A stretch of DNA of 64,000 bases from Bdellovibrionales bacterium. Its GTDB lineage: Bacteria; Bdellovibrionota; Bdellovibrionia; Bdellovibrionales; UBA1609. The stretch covers positions 281,268-345,267 of the forward strand of contig CBDBGT010000011.1 of the NCBI GenBank assembly GCA_965205365.1. Reading direction: 5' to 3'. The notes under the pieces are model-generated. The model searched no databases. It saw only the letters and a list, made by a program, of their open reading frames with translations, and was not told the DNA's origin. This document shows positions 20,371-29,210 of this stretch, piece after piece. The position numbers were made by a program, and so were the translations under genes. Position 1 is the stretch's first letter, and each line of letters begins with the position of its first letter.

Positions 20371-21048
20371 TTAACCTTTTGTTGCTATTTTAACCAGTCC
20401 ATTAATAGAACCTGGAACAGCACCTTTTAATAAAACAATATTTTCTTTTAAATTTACACCAACAACTTCAATCCCTCGTAGAGTAACCTTTTTGTTACCA
20501 TAATGACCTGGCATTTTCTTGCCTGGCATAATCCTACCTGGAAAAGTACAGTTTCCCATTGAACCAGGTCTTCTATGAAAACCAGACCCATGTGAAGCAG
20601 GACCCCCTCCAAAATTATATCTTTTCATTACACCTGAAAAGCCACGACCTTTAGATGTTGCTGTAATTTGTACTTTCTTTCCAACCACTAAACTTACAAG
20701 AGAAGCCTTTTTACCTAACTCACACCCCTCAAAAACTCCATTACAAACTTCTCTTGAAAATCTGTAACCTGTTTTACAACCTGCTGCTTTAACATGGCCA
20801 GCTTCTGATTTTGTAGTGTTCTTAGTTTTTTTAGCTCCAAAGCTTATTTGCACTGAATCATACCCATCATTATCTTTTGTTTTAATTTGAGTAACAACCC
20901 ATGAAGAACAATCTAAAATAGTTACAGGAATTCTTACCCCAGAATCATTATAAATTGCAGTCATTCCTTTTTTAAACCCATAGACCACAGGAAAAGCTAC
21001 ACTATTTGATGCTACAACTTCTTCTTCTGTGTTTTCTTGATCTGACAT
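20371..21048 (-). CDS. rplC: 50S ribosomal protein L3 (about 20-aa acidic N-terminal extension)
   Basis: GFKKGMT...SKGRGFSGVMKRYNFGGGPASHG. Confidence 0.93.
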   Translation of the reverse strand: MSDQENTEEEVVASNSVAFPVVYGFKKGMTAIYNDSGVRIPVTILDCSSWVVTQIKTKDNDGYDSVQISFGAKKTKNTTKSEAGHVKAAGCKTGYRFSREVCNGVFEGCELGKKASLVSLVVGKKVQITATSKGRGFSGVMKRYNFGGGPASHGSGFHRRPGSMGNCTFPGRIMPGKKMPGHYGNKKVTLRGIEVVGVNLKENIVLLKGAVPGSINGLVKIATKG

Positions 21049-21083
21049 TATAACTCCCTTTTAGTAAGTCTCTAAAAAAAGGC

Positions 21084-21404
21084 TCAATCAACTGCCGAAA
21101 GTTTAATTTCAACATCTACACCTGCTGAAAGATCTAACTTCATCAACTGATCAACAGTCTGTTGTGTAGGCTCTAAAATATCTAACAATCTTTTATGTGT
21201 TCTAATTTCAAACTGCTCTCTAGATTTTTTATCTACATGAGGAGACCTAAGAACCGTATACTTATTAATTCTAGTTGGCAATGGAACTGGGCCAGCAATT
21301 TTAGCACCTGTTCTAGTGGCAGTTTGAACAATTTCTTTTGTAGATTGATCAAGCAACTTATGATCAAAAGCCTTAAGACGAATTCTAATTTTTTGACTCT
21401 GCAT
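21084..21404 (-). CDS. rpsJ: 30S ribosomal protein S10
   Basis: [14 protein letters not shown]...[15 protein letters not shown]. Confidence 0.95.
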   Translation of the reverse strand: MQSQKIRIRLKAFDHKLLDQSTKEIVQTATRTGAKIAGPVPLPTRINKYTVLRSPHVDKKSREQFEIRTHKRLLDILEPTQQTVDQLMKLDLSAGVDVEIKLSAVD

Positions 21405-21575
21405 AGTCTCACCTTATTTCTCAACGCTTCTTTATTGAAAACGCTACAACAATCATTTTACTCAAATTAAGTAAGCTTAGAGCAAAAAAAATCGCACTTA
21501 GAGTCCTAAATTAGTTGGTGCTCAATTAATAAAAAAACACCCTTAAAACAGATTGCTCTAACTGCAAAGATATGT

Positions 21576-21604
21576 GTTTTTACAAATTAACACGCTTATG
21601 TCAA
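21576..21604 (-). promoter_or_regulatory. candidate sigma70-type promoter for the S10 operon
   Basis: On the minus strand there is a perfect TTGACA (21604-21599), a 16-nt spacer, then TAAAAA. This lies about 170 nt upstream of the rpsJ ATG. The -10 element is weak. Confidence 0.25.
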
Positions 21605-22033
21605 TGGCTTAGATTGAAATATATAGTAATATCCACATTTATTTTCCCATGATATAGGCCAGTCGACTTAAACTCTTAGAAATTAACAAAGGGCTAGATA
21701 AGCTTAAAGACAAAGATTTAGGTTATAACTATTAATGTTTTTAGATCCACTGACTCATTATTAAGACACTAAAAAATAAAGAGCTACTTGTTAATCATAA
21801 GGCTATTGTTTAACCAGTTTAAACAGGTTTTTATGCAGTTTGATTCTAACCTAGCCCTCTCTTACAAGCCTTATACAAAAGGTATTAAAGGGGTCACTAC
21901 ATTTCGGGTTTTAGACTTTTTAACCTTCTCTGGTGCGTATATTTGAACTCAAGAGGGGTTTTTTAAAAGGAGTGTCGAAGTCAGGAGACTTAAAATTATA
22001 AAACTTAAAGGTTTTAACTCTCATGTTAATGCT

Positions 22034-22726
22034 CTATTTTCTTACACAAATATTCATCATATAATGAGTACTCCCACCGACAAAAGGCCCGTTTATTGAG
22101 CTTCTTCCCTGACCTTTACCTGCATCTTGATCAAAACTGCCAACCCTAACCCAACCAACCCCATCACAACATGAGCATGAATACGTAGGGGCATCGAATC
22201 CACACATGCACATATCTGTAAGAGCTTCTCCTTTAGAGCTGCAACTAGTAATAACCCTAGAAGCACTAATTGTAACATTGAGTTTAAATTCAAGAGGTTT
22301 AAAAACTGATGGCCCCTCTCCTTGTCTTGTTCTCGATACCGGCATTATAATGTTAATAAAACCAGAAGAAGATGGGCCAGGAACGGACTCATTTGTAATA
22401 GATATTTGTCCAACAGCAAGCCGTCCGATTATACTATTACTTTCATAAACTACGTTGCCTGAATTGTCTTTTAAACCATTCACATTTATTTTTTGTGTAC
22501 TTGAAGATCCAACTCTTACTCCTTCTAGAGTTTTCTGACATGACATTTTGTCTTTAAGAATTGTCTCAAAGTTTCGAATAAGTTGAATTTTTTCAAGCTT
22601 ATCTTCTAAGTATGCTATAGATATGCGCTGTTCTAAAATAAGATTAGTCATAGCAAGGGATAAAACAGACCCTATCGCCGCAGCAACTATAACTTGAATT
22701 AGAGCAAAACCCTTTTCATTTCTCAT
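22034..22726 (-). CDS. prepilin-type N-terminal domain protein (minor-pilin/pseudopilin-like) with Cys-rich C-terminus
   Basis: MRNEKG|FALIQVIVAAAIGSVLSLAM is a class III signal (G-F cleavage site followed by a hydrophobic helix). Position +5 is Gln rather than Glu. There are 7 Cys in the last ~70 aa (CMCG, SCSCC). Confidence 0.7.
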   Translation of the reverse strand: MRNEKGFALIQVIVAAAIGSVLSLAMTNLILEQRISIAYLEDKLEKIQLIRNFETILKDKMSCQKTLEGVRVGSSSTQKINVNGLKDNSGNVVYESNSIIGRLAVGQISITNESVPGPSSSGFINIIMPVSRTRQGEGPSVFKPLEFKLNVTISASRVITSCSSKGEALTDMCMCGFDAPTYSCSCCDGVGWVRVGSFDQDAGKGQGRSSINGPFVGGSTHYMMNICVRK

Positions 22727-22796
22727 ATTGAATATATCGACTTTTAAAATATAAACTAAAGCCCAATCTATACGAGCTGATGAACCCTTTCAGGCC

Positions 22797-23546
22797 TTAA
22801 AACCGCCGCACACACCGGATCAAAAGGGGATTAGCCTTATCACCATAAATCTGAGCGCCATCTGAGAGGCGCTGGGCCCACGCACCATTAGTGCTGGTCT
22901 CCGTAGACGACCAATAATGATCATTTGAACCTTGAACTAAGCCTGGAATAACAGAGCGATTTGTGTACATTAAATTAAGCTCATAACGATTAGGTAAATG
23001 CCAATCATCATAACCACCATAAACAAGCTTATCACAGTACCTTGCTGCTCCATGATAACCCCCTTGAGACTGTAAAGTGATAGCAACAATTACATCTGTA
23101 TTAGCCGAACCATAATTTGAATCTTCATTAATTTCACCATGACCAGTTCCAGAAGTTAATATATAATTTTCTAACCCTGGAATATCGTAGTAATTAAACG
23201 AACTATCATTCCAACTTTTAGATAAACTATCAGTACCAGAACAAGTCACTGTAAAATTATCCAATGCATAAGAGTTTGTCCCTGAACCTTCTGAAATACT
23301 TTCTAATGGAATGTCCTCACAGCCCCCAGGGGTAGTCATATAGCGATCTGTTCCATTACCACTAGTGGCACCTGGGCTAAGGCTTCCAAGATAAATTGCT
23401 CCACTCTCACATACGGTTCCTGAGGAGAGGGGGGAAGAACCAAGACATAAATCAGGATCTGGATTAGGAGTAGGATTACTAGATCCACAAGCAGCTAAAC
23501 TCAATATGGTAATTGTAATCAACAGCAATTGAATGATTTTATTCAT
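22797..23546 (-). CDS. lipoprotein with C-terminal DUF1566 (Lcl C-terminal-like) domain
   Basis: Signal plus lipobox LSLAAC. The C-terminal pattern YDDWHLPNRYELNLMY...HYWSSTE...AWAQRLSDG...IRCVRRF fits DUF1566. Confidence 0.7.
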   Translation of the reverse strand: MNKIIQLLLITITILSLAACGSSNPTPNPDPDLCLGSSPLSSGTVCESGAIYLGSLSPGATSGNGTDRYMTTPGGCEDIPLESISEGSGTNSYALDNFTVTCSGTDSLSKSWNDSSFNYYDIPGLENYILTSGTGHGEINEDSNYGSANTDVIVAITLQSQGGYHGAARYCDKLVYGGYDDWHLPNRYELNLMYTNRSVIPGLVQGSNDHYWSSTETSTNGAWAQRLSDGAQIYGDKANPLLIRCVRRF

Positions 23547-23767
23547 ATGAATACCCCTTTATTTTATACCGTATAAACTCAATGCTAATACCCTATCTAA
23601 CTATGAATTAAAAAAAGTAGTTTTTATACTATTCAAACTGAATTTGTATGCAATTAAACACAACCTCACATAAGAAAAAGTGCCCATTTCTTTGGGGAAG
23701 TCCACTAGACACTATCATTACCAAGGGAAACTGTCACCTTTTCTACAATCTGCCTAAACCTTGATCT

Positions 23768-25250
23768 GGTTCACCGTTATCTAGAAGGGTGTGATCCATG
23801 CCAACAAGCCTAAAGTCCTGAAAAAGATAAACAAGCTCCCTCCACACAATTAAAATTTGGTTACTAAATAAACTAAATTGTCGGAGGATTAAATGGAGCT
23901 ATTTGAAAAGTTAATCGTAAAATCACTAGGTCTTCAAGGTGTAAAATTAGAAAACTGGGAGGCTTGTGATAAAGAGTTAAAACTAGTCCTTTACGCAAAA
24001 CAAGATCGTGAAAATGTAGGCTGTAATCAATGTGGCTGCCAAATATCTCATGTCCATGAGTGGAAGCTTCGAAAAATTAAAGCTTCTCCAATAGGCTCAT
24101 ATGAAGAGGTGTGGATTTACTTAAAACAGCTTCGAGGGCACTGCTTAATGTGTGATGATAAAGTCAGATCAGCTGGTGTTGATTTTACTCACCCTAATTT
24201 TGAAAACTTAACTTACTCACTTGTAGAAAAAGCAGGACGTCTTTGTGAAGAGATGACTTGTGAGTCAGTTGCTAGAATTTTAAGAATGAACCCCAAGACT
24301 GTGTGGAATTTGGATCAGTACCGGATGAAGCAAATAAAACCTCTTTTAAGCTATGCTGAAAGAAAGTTAGATTTAGAGCAGATGTCATCTGATGAGGTGC
24401 ACTTTAGAACTATTTTTGGAAAGAAGTCTTGTGACAAGAATACGATTAAGTTCATCACAAATTTAGTCTGTACGAAGATGAGAAAGGTGCTCTCAAATGC
24501 AATGGGCAGAAAGGGTTCAAGCTTACTTAATTGTTTAAAGGTATTAACAAAAGAGCAGCTAGATAAGATCAAGTTTTTTGCAGTTGATATGCATGATGCT
24601 TTTATTGAGGCTGTGATAGGTAAATGTGAGAATGCTAAGGTCTGTGTTGATAGGTTCCATGTTGCAGAAGGGCTAAATAATTTTTTTGATGATGTGAGAA
24701 AATTTGAGTTTAAAAAAGCTAAAGAAAATGAAGATAAGTTTTTAATGGATGTGCTAGCACCTCATAAAAGATATATTTTAGTGGAGCGTGAGAAGAATTT
24801 ATCTAAAGGAGATTTTACTAAATTAGAGAGGCTTTTAGATGTGAATAAGAACATTTTTAAAGCTTCAGTTTTAGTTGAGCACTTCCATAAAGTTTTAGAT
24901 CAAAAGAATGTAAAAGACTTTAGAAAAGCTCTGGTTCTTTGGTACCGATATGCAAGAGAGTCAAAATTAAAGCCCTTTTTGAAATTTGCAAAAACCTTAA
25001 GAAAGTACAGAGGTTACATTGAAGGATATATTATGTCTGGGCTCACAACAGCAGTAAGTGAAGGCTTAAACAACAAGATTAAAGTGCTTAGAAGGATGGG
25101 CTATGGTTACACAAACCCAGAGTCATTTATGCACAAAATACTGCAGCGATGTGGACTTTTAAACTCAAATTACATCAATACTTCAAGTTGGTACTGGCCA
25201 CCTCAAATGAGATTGGCACAAACTACACCCTTCTAGATAACGGAGAGGCC
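23768..25250 (+). mobile_element. intact ISL3-family insertion sequence (1483 bp) with 8-bp target site duplication
   Basis: IRL is GGTTCACCGTTATCTAGAAGGGTGT (23768-). The reverse complement of IRR is GGCCTCTCCGTTATCTAGAAGGGTGT (ends at 25250), sharing a 19-bp perfect core. CTTGATCT is directly repeated at 23760-23767 and 25251-25258. The transposase stop lies inside IRR. Confidence 0.9.
23893..25236 (+). CDS. ISL3-family transposase
   Basis: 447 aa. N-terminal zinc-finger-like CNQCGC...CLMCD, DRFHV, and the C-terminal GLNNKIKVLRRMGYGY typical of ISL3/IS204 transposases. Confidence 0.9.
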   Translation: MELFEKLIVKSLGLQGVKLENWEACDKELKLVLYAKQDRENVGCNQCGCQISHVHEWKLRKIKASPIGSYEEVWIYLKQLRGHCLMCDDKVRSAGVDFTHPNFENLTYSLVEKAGRLCEEMTCESVARILRMNPKTVWNLDQYRMKQIKPLLSYAERKLDLEQMSSDEVHFRTIFGKKSCDKNTIKFITNLVCTKMRKVLSNAMGRKGSSLLNCLKVLTKEQLDKIKFFAVDMHDAFIEAVIGKCENAKVCVDRFHVAEGLNNFFDDVRKFEFKKAKENEDKFLMDVLAPHKRYILVEREKNLSKGDFTKLERLLDVNKNIFKASVLVEHFHKVLDQKNVKDFRKALVLWYRYARESKLKPFLKFAKTLRKYRGYIEGYIMSGLTTAVSEGLNNKIKVLRRMGYGYTNPESFMHKILQRCGLLNSNYINTSSWYWPPQMRLAQTTPF

Positions 25251-25495
25251 CTTGATCTTTTACGGAGAGAGCGCAAATAAGCCCCTTAAGCAGTCTGTAG
25301 TATAAACAGTTTCTACAGTTTACACCCCATAGTGGCTTTAAACCCACTTAAAACTGGCACTCTTATTGAATGTATCAGTTTTATGAAAAAACTCTTTTAT
25401 TTAAAAAAACTTTGCCTTAAACCCCAGTTCTTCTTGCTTATTGCAATTATGCCTGCAGGAATTCTTATTTTCATAAACGTGGTTACAGTTTCTAT

Positions 25496-25939
25496 ATGAC
25501 TAAATTTATACTTTTTTTCTTTCCAATATTAATACTATTAAATGCTTGTAAATATGCAGCACAAGATGATTCTGTTGGTACATACCCCACTAACTTCACA
25601 CCTTATATTCAAAATTTTGAAGAACTTTTTAATATGAAAGTAACTTCAAATATTCAATTCTCACCTTTACTAAAGGGAAATCCTGGAAGATGTCTATTTG
25701 AAGCCAAGCAAATACATATCAATGAAAAACTTTGGAAAGATTTTTCAGAAGAAACTAGAGAAGCTTTAATTATTCATGAATTAGGTCATTGTGAATTAGG
25801 CCTTCTTGACTCTGATAAAGAAGGGTCACATATAATGAGCAGTTTTATTGGACACAATGTTCTAGCTTATACTACAGATTTAGAGGCTGAAATTCAGTAT
25901 ATGCTAAGCACAGACCACCCTAAAATTATACCCCATTAA
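25496..25939 (+). CDS. small lipoprotein with HExxH zinc-metalloprotease motif (metzincin-like)
   Basis: 147 aa. Signal plus lipobox LLNAC. IIHELGHCELGLLD followed by SHIM, a possible Met-turn. Confidence 0.5.
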   Translation: MTKFILFFFPILILLNACKYAAQDDSVGTYPTNFTPYIQNFEELFNMKVTSNIQFSPLLKGNPGRCLFEAKQIHINEKLWKDFSEETREALIIHELGHCELGLLDSDKEGSHIMSSFIGHNVLAYTTDLEAEIQYMLSTDHPKIIPH

Positions 25940-28053
25940 AACTCTGAAGCTTTATTTCTTTTAAAAGGGTTTAACACTTGGCCCACAAGACCATCCCCTT
26001 TAACCTTCCTGTTTATTACTCTAGGTGTAATAAAGATTACAAGCTCTGTATCATCTTTAGCTTTTAAGTCACTTCTAAACAGCCACCCTAACAATGGCAA
26101 TTTACGTAAAACTGGGGTACCAGAAATACTATTTCTTTCTAAAACTTGGTAAATACCACCAATCATTGCTGTTTTATTATTTCCTATAAGAACTCTTGTA
26201 TTGGCCTCCCTACTACTCAAAGAATTACCAAGACTTTGAGTTACTGGAAATTCTCTTTTAACAACAATTTTCATAATAATACTACTATCTGATGAAACCT
26301 GTGGTGTAACATCTAGACTTAATTCAACAGGGCTTCTTTCTATGGAAGTCAAAGTGACTCCTCCCTCACCAACTGTTACAATCTGATTTAAAATTTCGTC
26401 TTTCTGCTTTATATTAGCAGTTTCATTATTCATAACCAAAACACTAGGAGAGCTTAGAATTTTTACTTTAGAATCTATCTCTTGTAAGCGCAAACTTGCA
26501 CTTAAAGAACCAAAAAAATCAATTCCACCAATACTAACTTCTGGAATAAAAGTTCCTACTCCATTTTCATCTCTATAATTTAGATTTGAACGTCCAGAAA
26601 AAAGCCCTCCCTGGGTATTGGTATCAAACCCAATATTAACACCATTGCCTCTAAAATCTCTTGTAAAATTCTTAGTTGCCTCAATAATTTTAGCCTCTAT
26701 CATAACCTGAAGAGGAACACTATCCAGTTCCTTTATAAGAGTGGCCACGTTTTGAATCACCTCTAAAGTATCTCGTACAATTAAAGACGATGATCTTTCC
26801 TCTGAAAGCACTTGGCCTGATTTTCCACCTCCTTCTTCCCCTACGGTTAAAAAAGGTTTTATTTTTTCCGCTAAGGTAATTGGAGATGCATAACTTAAAG
26901 GAAATACTTTTACATAAAATGGCGCCAGTGTTCTTCTTGCCTTCTGAACTGCAATGGCTGCTACAGACTCTTTTTTAAGCTCTTCTAAAGTAGCAACTCT
27001 TAAAATATTTCCATTTCTTACGTAACCAAGTCCTTTAGCTTTCATAATAGTAACCAAAGCCTGATCCCAGGGAACGTCTTTAAGTTTTATAGAAATGTTA
27101 CCTGTAACATTAGAAGATAAAACAATATTAACCCCCACTTGCTCAGCTATAAACTGTATAATAGTGACTACACTTTCATCTTTCACCTGTATAGATACGG
27201 GTTTACCAACAAATTTAGAATTACCAAGTAAAAAATCTTCAAATGACGTAGCCGATAACAATACCTTATCTTCGCCTTCAGCTAGAAAGTTATTTTGTTT
27301 TGCACTCACTACCCCTGAAATACCTGGCTGAACAATTAACTTATTTTTTATAAAATCTACTCTTGGAAAAGACTGGTCTTTTAATTGAAAAACCAACCTT
27401 ACACTACCATCATCTCCACCATAAGAATTCATAGCCTCAAAGCTTTGCCTAAAATCCTTTGTTAAAAATGGTCTTGCAAGTTTTTTCCCAATACGTGTGT
27501 TTTTAAGCTTAACGATATACTGATTAGTTTCAGGAATATACTCTGTAACATAGTTTGCTTTTTGAGAAATTGAAATTATAAATGAGCCTCCACTTTGACG
27601 AGCATTATAATCTATGCTCAAAACTTCACTCTCTACACCTTCACCTAATGATACATCCATTGTCTGAGACTCTGGAGAAAAAATAAGCTCATCTTTACTC
27701 GGTTTAGTTTCTACTTCAAGTGGTGAGTCAAAAGAAATATCTGTTTCAATATCTTTATCAGCATCCTCAATGGACTCTTGAGGAACAGACCCTGTTTTTG
27801 AATCCTTAAAAACGTCAAATTCTAAATTATCCTCATCCTCTTCCTTTAAACCCACAGGATTAAATTCTTCTTCAGACTCATCAGATACCTGATTAAAATC
27901 AATTCCATCTAAATCAGAAGACACCTCGTTTTCAAAGGATAAATCCGCATTTAAAGGTTTAACCTTTACTAAACTACTACAAGAAGTGAGTAAGAATAAA
28001 CTACATACAAAACATAAACTTATTTTCATTAGATCCTTTTTAAATAGTCCCAT
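25936..28053 (-). CDS. pilQ: type IV pilus secretin PilQ
   Basis: 705 aa. Signal and lipobox-like LTSC, an acidic low-complexity N-region, an AMIN-like domain, secretin N domains and a C-terminal secretin core (GTPVLRKLPLLGWLFRS). Last gene of pilMNOPQ. Confidence 0.9.
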   Translation of the reverse strand: MGLFKKDLMKISLCFVCSLFLLTSCSSLVKVKPLNADLSFENEVSSDLDGIDFNQVSDESEEEFNPVGLKEEDEDNLEFDVFKDSKTGSVPQESIEDADKDIETDISFDSPLEVETKPSKDELIFSPESQTMDVSLGEGVESEVLSIDYNARQSGGSFIISISQKANYVTEYIPETNQYIVKLKNTRIGKKLARPFLTKDFRQSFEAMNSYGGDDGSVRLVFQLKDQSFPRVDFIKNKLIVQPGISGVVSAKQNNFLAEGEDKVLLSATSFEDFLLGNSKFVGKPVSIQVKDESVVTIIQFIAEQVGVNIVLSSNVTGNISIKLKDVPWDQALVTIMKAKGLGYVRNGNILRVATLEELKKESVAAIAVQKARRTLAPFYVKVFPLSYASPITLAEKIKPFLTVGEEGGGKSGQVLSEERSSSLIVRDTLEVIQNVATLIKELDSVPLQVMIEAKIIEATKNFTRDFRGNGVNIGFDTNTQGGLFSGRSNLNYRDENGVGTFIPEVSIGGIDFFGSLSASLRLQEIDSKVKILSSPSVLVMNNETANIKQKDEILNQIVTVGEGGVTLTSIERSPVELSLDVTPQVSSDSSIIMKIVVKREFPVTQSLGNSLSSREANTRVLIGNNKTAMIGGIYQVLERNSISGTPVLRKLPLLGWLFRSDLKAKDDTELVIFITPRVINRKVKGDGLVGQVLNPFKRNKASEF

Positions 28054-28090
28054 CTATTATTAGTTTCTCAGTAAAAAGGAATTTTAAAAA

Positions 28091-28627
28091 CTACCTTCCT
28101 AATTTCAAGACCTGAGTCTTGTAAAGTGTTACTTTTTCCTTACCAGTTGATAGACTCGGCTCTACAATAACCACTTCTCCTTCACGAATTTTTACAACAT
28201 AACCATTAGAACGACCAATTTTTGTTCCTTCTTCAATGACATAAATTTTTCCTACTGAATCTTTAACCAAGGCTTTAGGGTACTTTACATCCCATATCAC
28301 CGCTGTTAACTCAAAATTAAACACATCATAACCTTCAAGTCCTGTGCCTTGTAAGGCCTCTTTTATAGGTGCTTCATTAATCTTTTCTTCCCCCCTAGGC
28401 TTTAAAAAGGGGTTACGCCGACCTCTTTCTAAATATATAAAAGGCTTAAACTCCATATTTCTATTTGAAAACTCATTTAACTTATCCAATTGCTTTAAAA
28501 CTTCATCTTTATCAGCTGAGTCTTCCTTATTTACAGTCTCATCTAAAGAAATTCCATTATCTTGAGCAAAAGCTATATTTATAAAAAGAAAACAGACACA
28601 AATAAATTTACTCATTAGCCCCCTCAC
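28091..28627 (-). CDS. pilP: pilus assembly protein PilP
   Basis: 178 aa with a signal peptide. The C-terminal beta domain (LTAVIWDVKYPKALVKD..GKIYVIEEGTKIG) and its position between pilO and pilQ support the call. Confidence 0.7.
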   Translation of the reverse strand: MRGLMSKFICVCFLFINIAFAQDNGISLDETVNKEDSADKDEVLKQLDKLNEFSNRNMEFKPFIYLERGRRNPFLKPRGEEKINEAPIKEALQGTGLEGYDVFNFELTAVIWDVKYPKALVKDSVGKIYVIEEGTKIGRSNGYVVKIREGEVVIVEPSLSTGKEKVTLYKTQVLKLGR

Positions 28628-29210
28628 CTCTTTTAAAAGCCTTTTCTTTTTCAGTTAGTTTTCTATAAGCTTTAAATTTTGTAGTTATTGACAGTGCTCC
28701 TAACTTATCTCTCTGGCTATTAGCGCTTAACAAAAGACTTAACACTGAGTAAGCTCTATTGTTTCTTGTAAGCTCTGATAGAAAAACCATTATCTTATTA
28801 AAACTCCCAGATAGATTAGCATCTATAGACACTACAGCAATGGTTTTTTTTTCTTCCCATCCTCCACTAGCTGCAGAAATAGACTCAATGGACAATCCTA
28901 TGGATCTAGCCTCTTCAGAAATAGTATTAACAACCTGTTCAACAGATAAATTTTCTGACAACTGAGAATAAACTTTGTCAGATTTTTTCTCCATGAGAAG
29001 AACTTCTTGATTAATTCTCTGCTCTGCTTTAAGTTCCTCATCAAGTTTTAAAATATCTTTTTTTATCCTTAAGATATCCTGTTTTGCTTTTTCTATTTGA
29101 TTGTGAGAACTCAAAGAATGATAGAAAAACACATAATAAGCCAAGCCTATTAATAACCCAAATAAAGTAGCATTAATAAACGTAAGTTGATTTAACTTTT
29201 CTTCCATCAA
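28608..29210 (-). CDS. pilO: pilus assembly protein PilO
   Basis: 200 aa. Single N-terminal TM, then coiled coil, then a ferredoxin-like domain. Called mainly on operon position. Confidence 0.7.
   Translation of the reverse strand: MMEEKLNQLTFINATLFGLLIGLAYYVFFYHSLSSHNQIEKAKQDILRIKKDILKLDEELKAEQRINQEVLLMEKKSDKVYSQLSENLSVEQVVNTISEEARSIGLSIESISAASGGWEEKKTIAVVSIDANLSGSFNKIMVFLSELTRNNRAYSVLSLLLSANSQRDKLGALSITTKFKAYRKLTEKEKAFKRGEGANE

Noticed and set aside
22093-22448. ORFs 22093-22293 (-) and 22206-22448 (+) overlapping the pilin-like gene.
   Set aside because: They are alternative-frame or antisense products of the Cys/Gly-rich region, with no independent support.
5167-25250. The idea that the two ISL3-family elements bracket the ribosomal cluster as a composite transposon.
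   Set aside because: The two elements have different terminal repeats, and each has its own intact 8-bp target duplication. They were independent insertions.
23690-25340. GGGGAAGTCC and CGGAGAGAGCGCAAATAAGCCCC flank the ISL3 insertion and are reminiscent of RNase P RNA motifs (GGAAAGUCC; ACAGAGAGCAAACCGCC). This raised the idea that the IS split an ncRNA gene.
   Set aside because: The match to the universal P4 sequence is imperfect. No counterpart of the 3' P4 strand (ACAGAAnCCGGCUUA-like) is visible downstream. Disruption of the essential RNase P RNA is implausible. A covariance-model scan of the IS-excised sequence would settle it.
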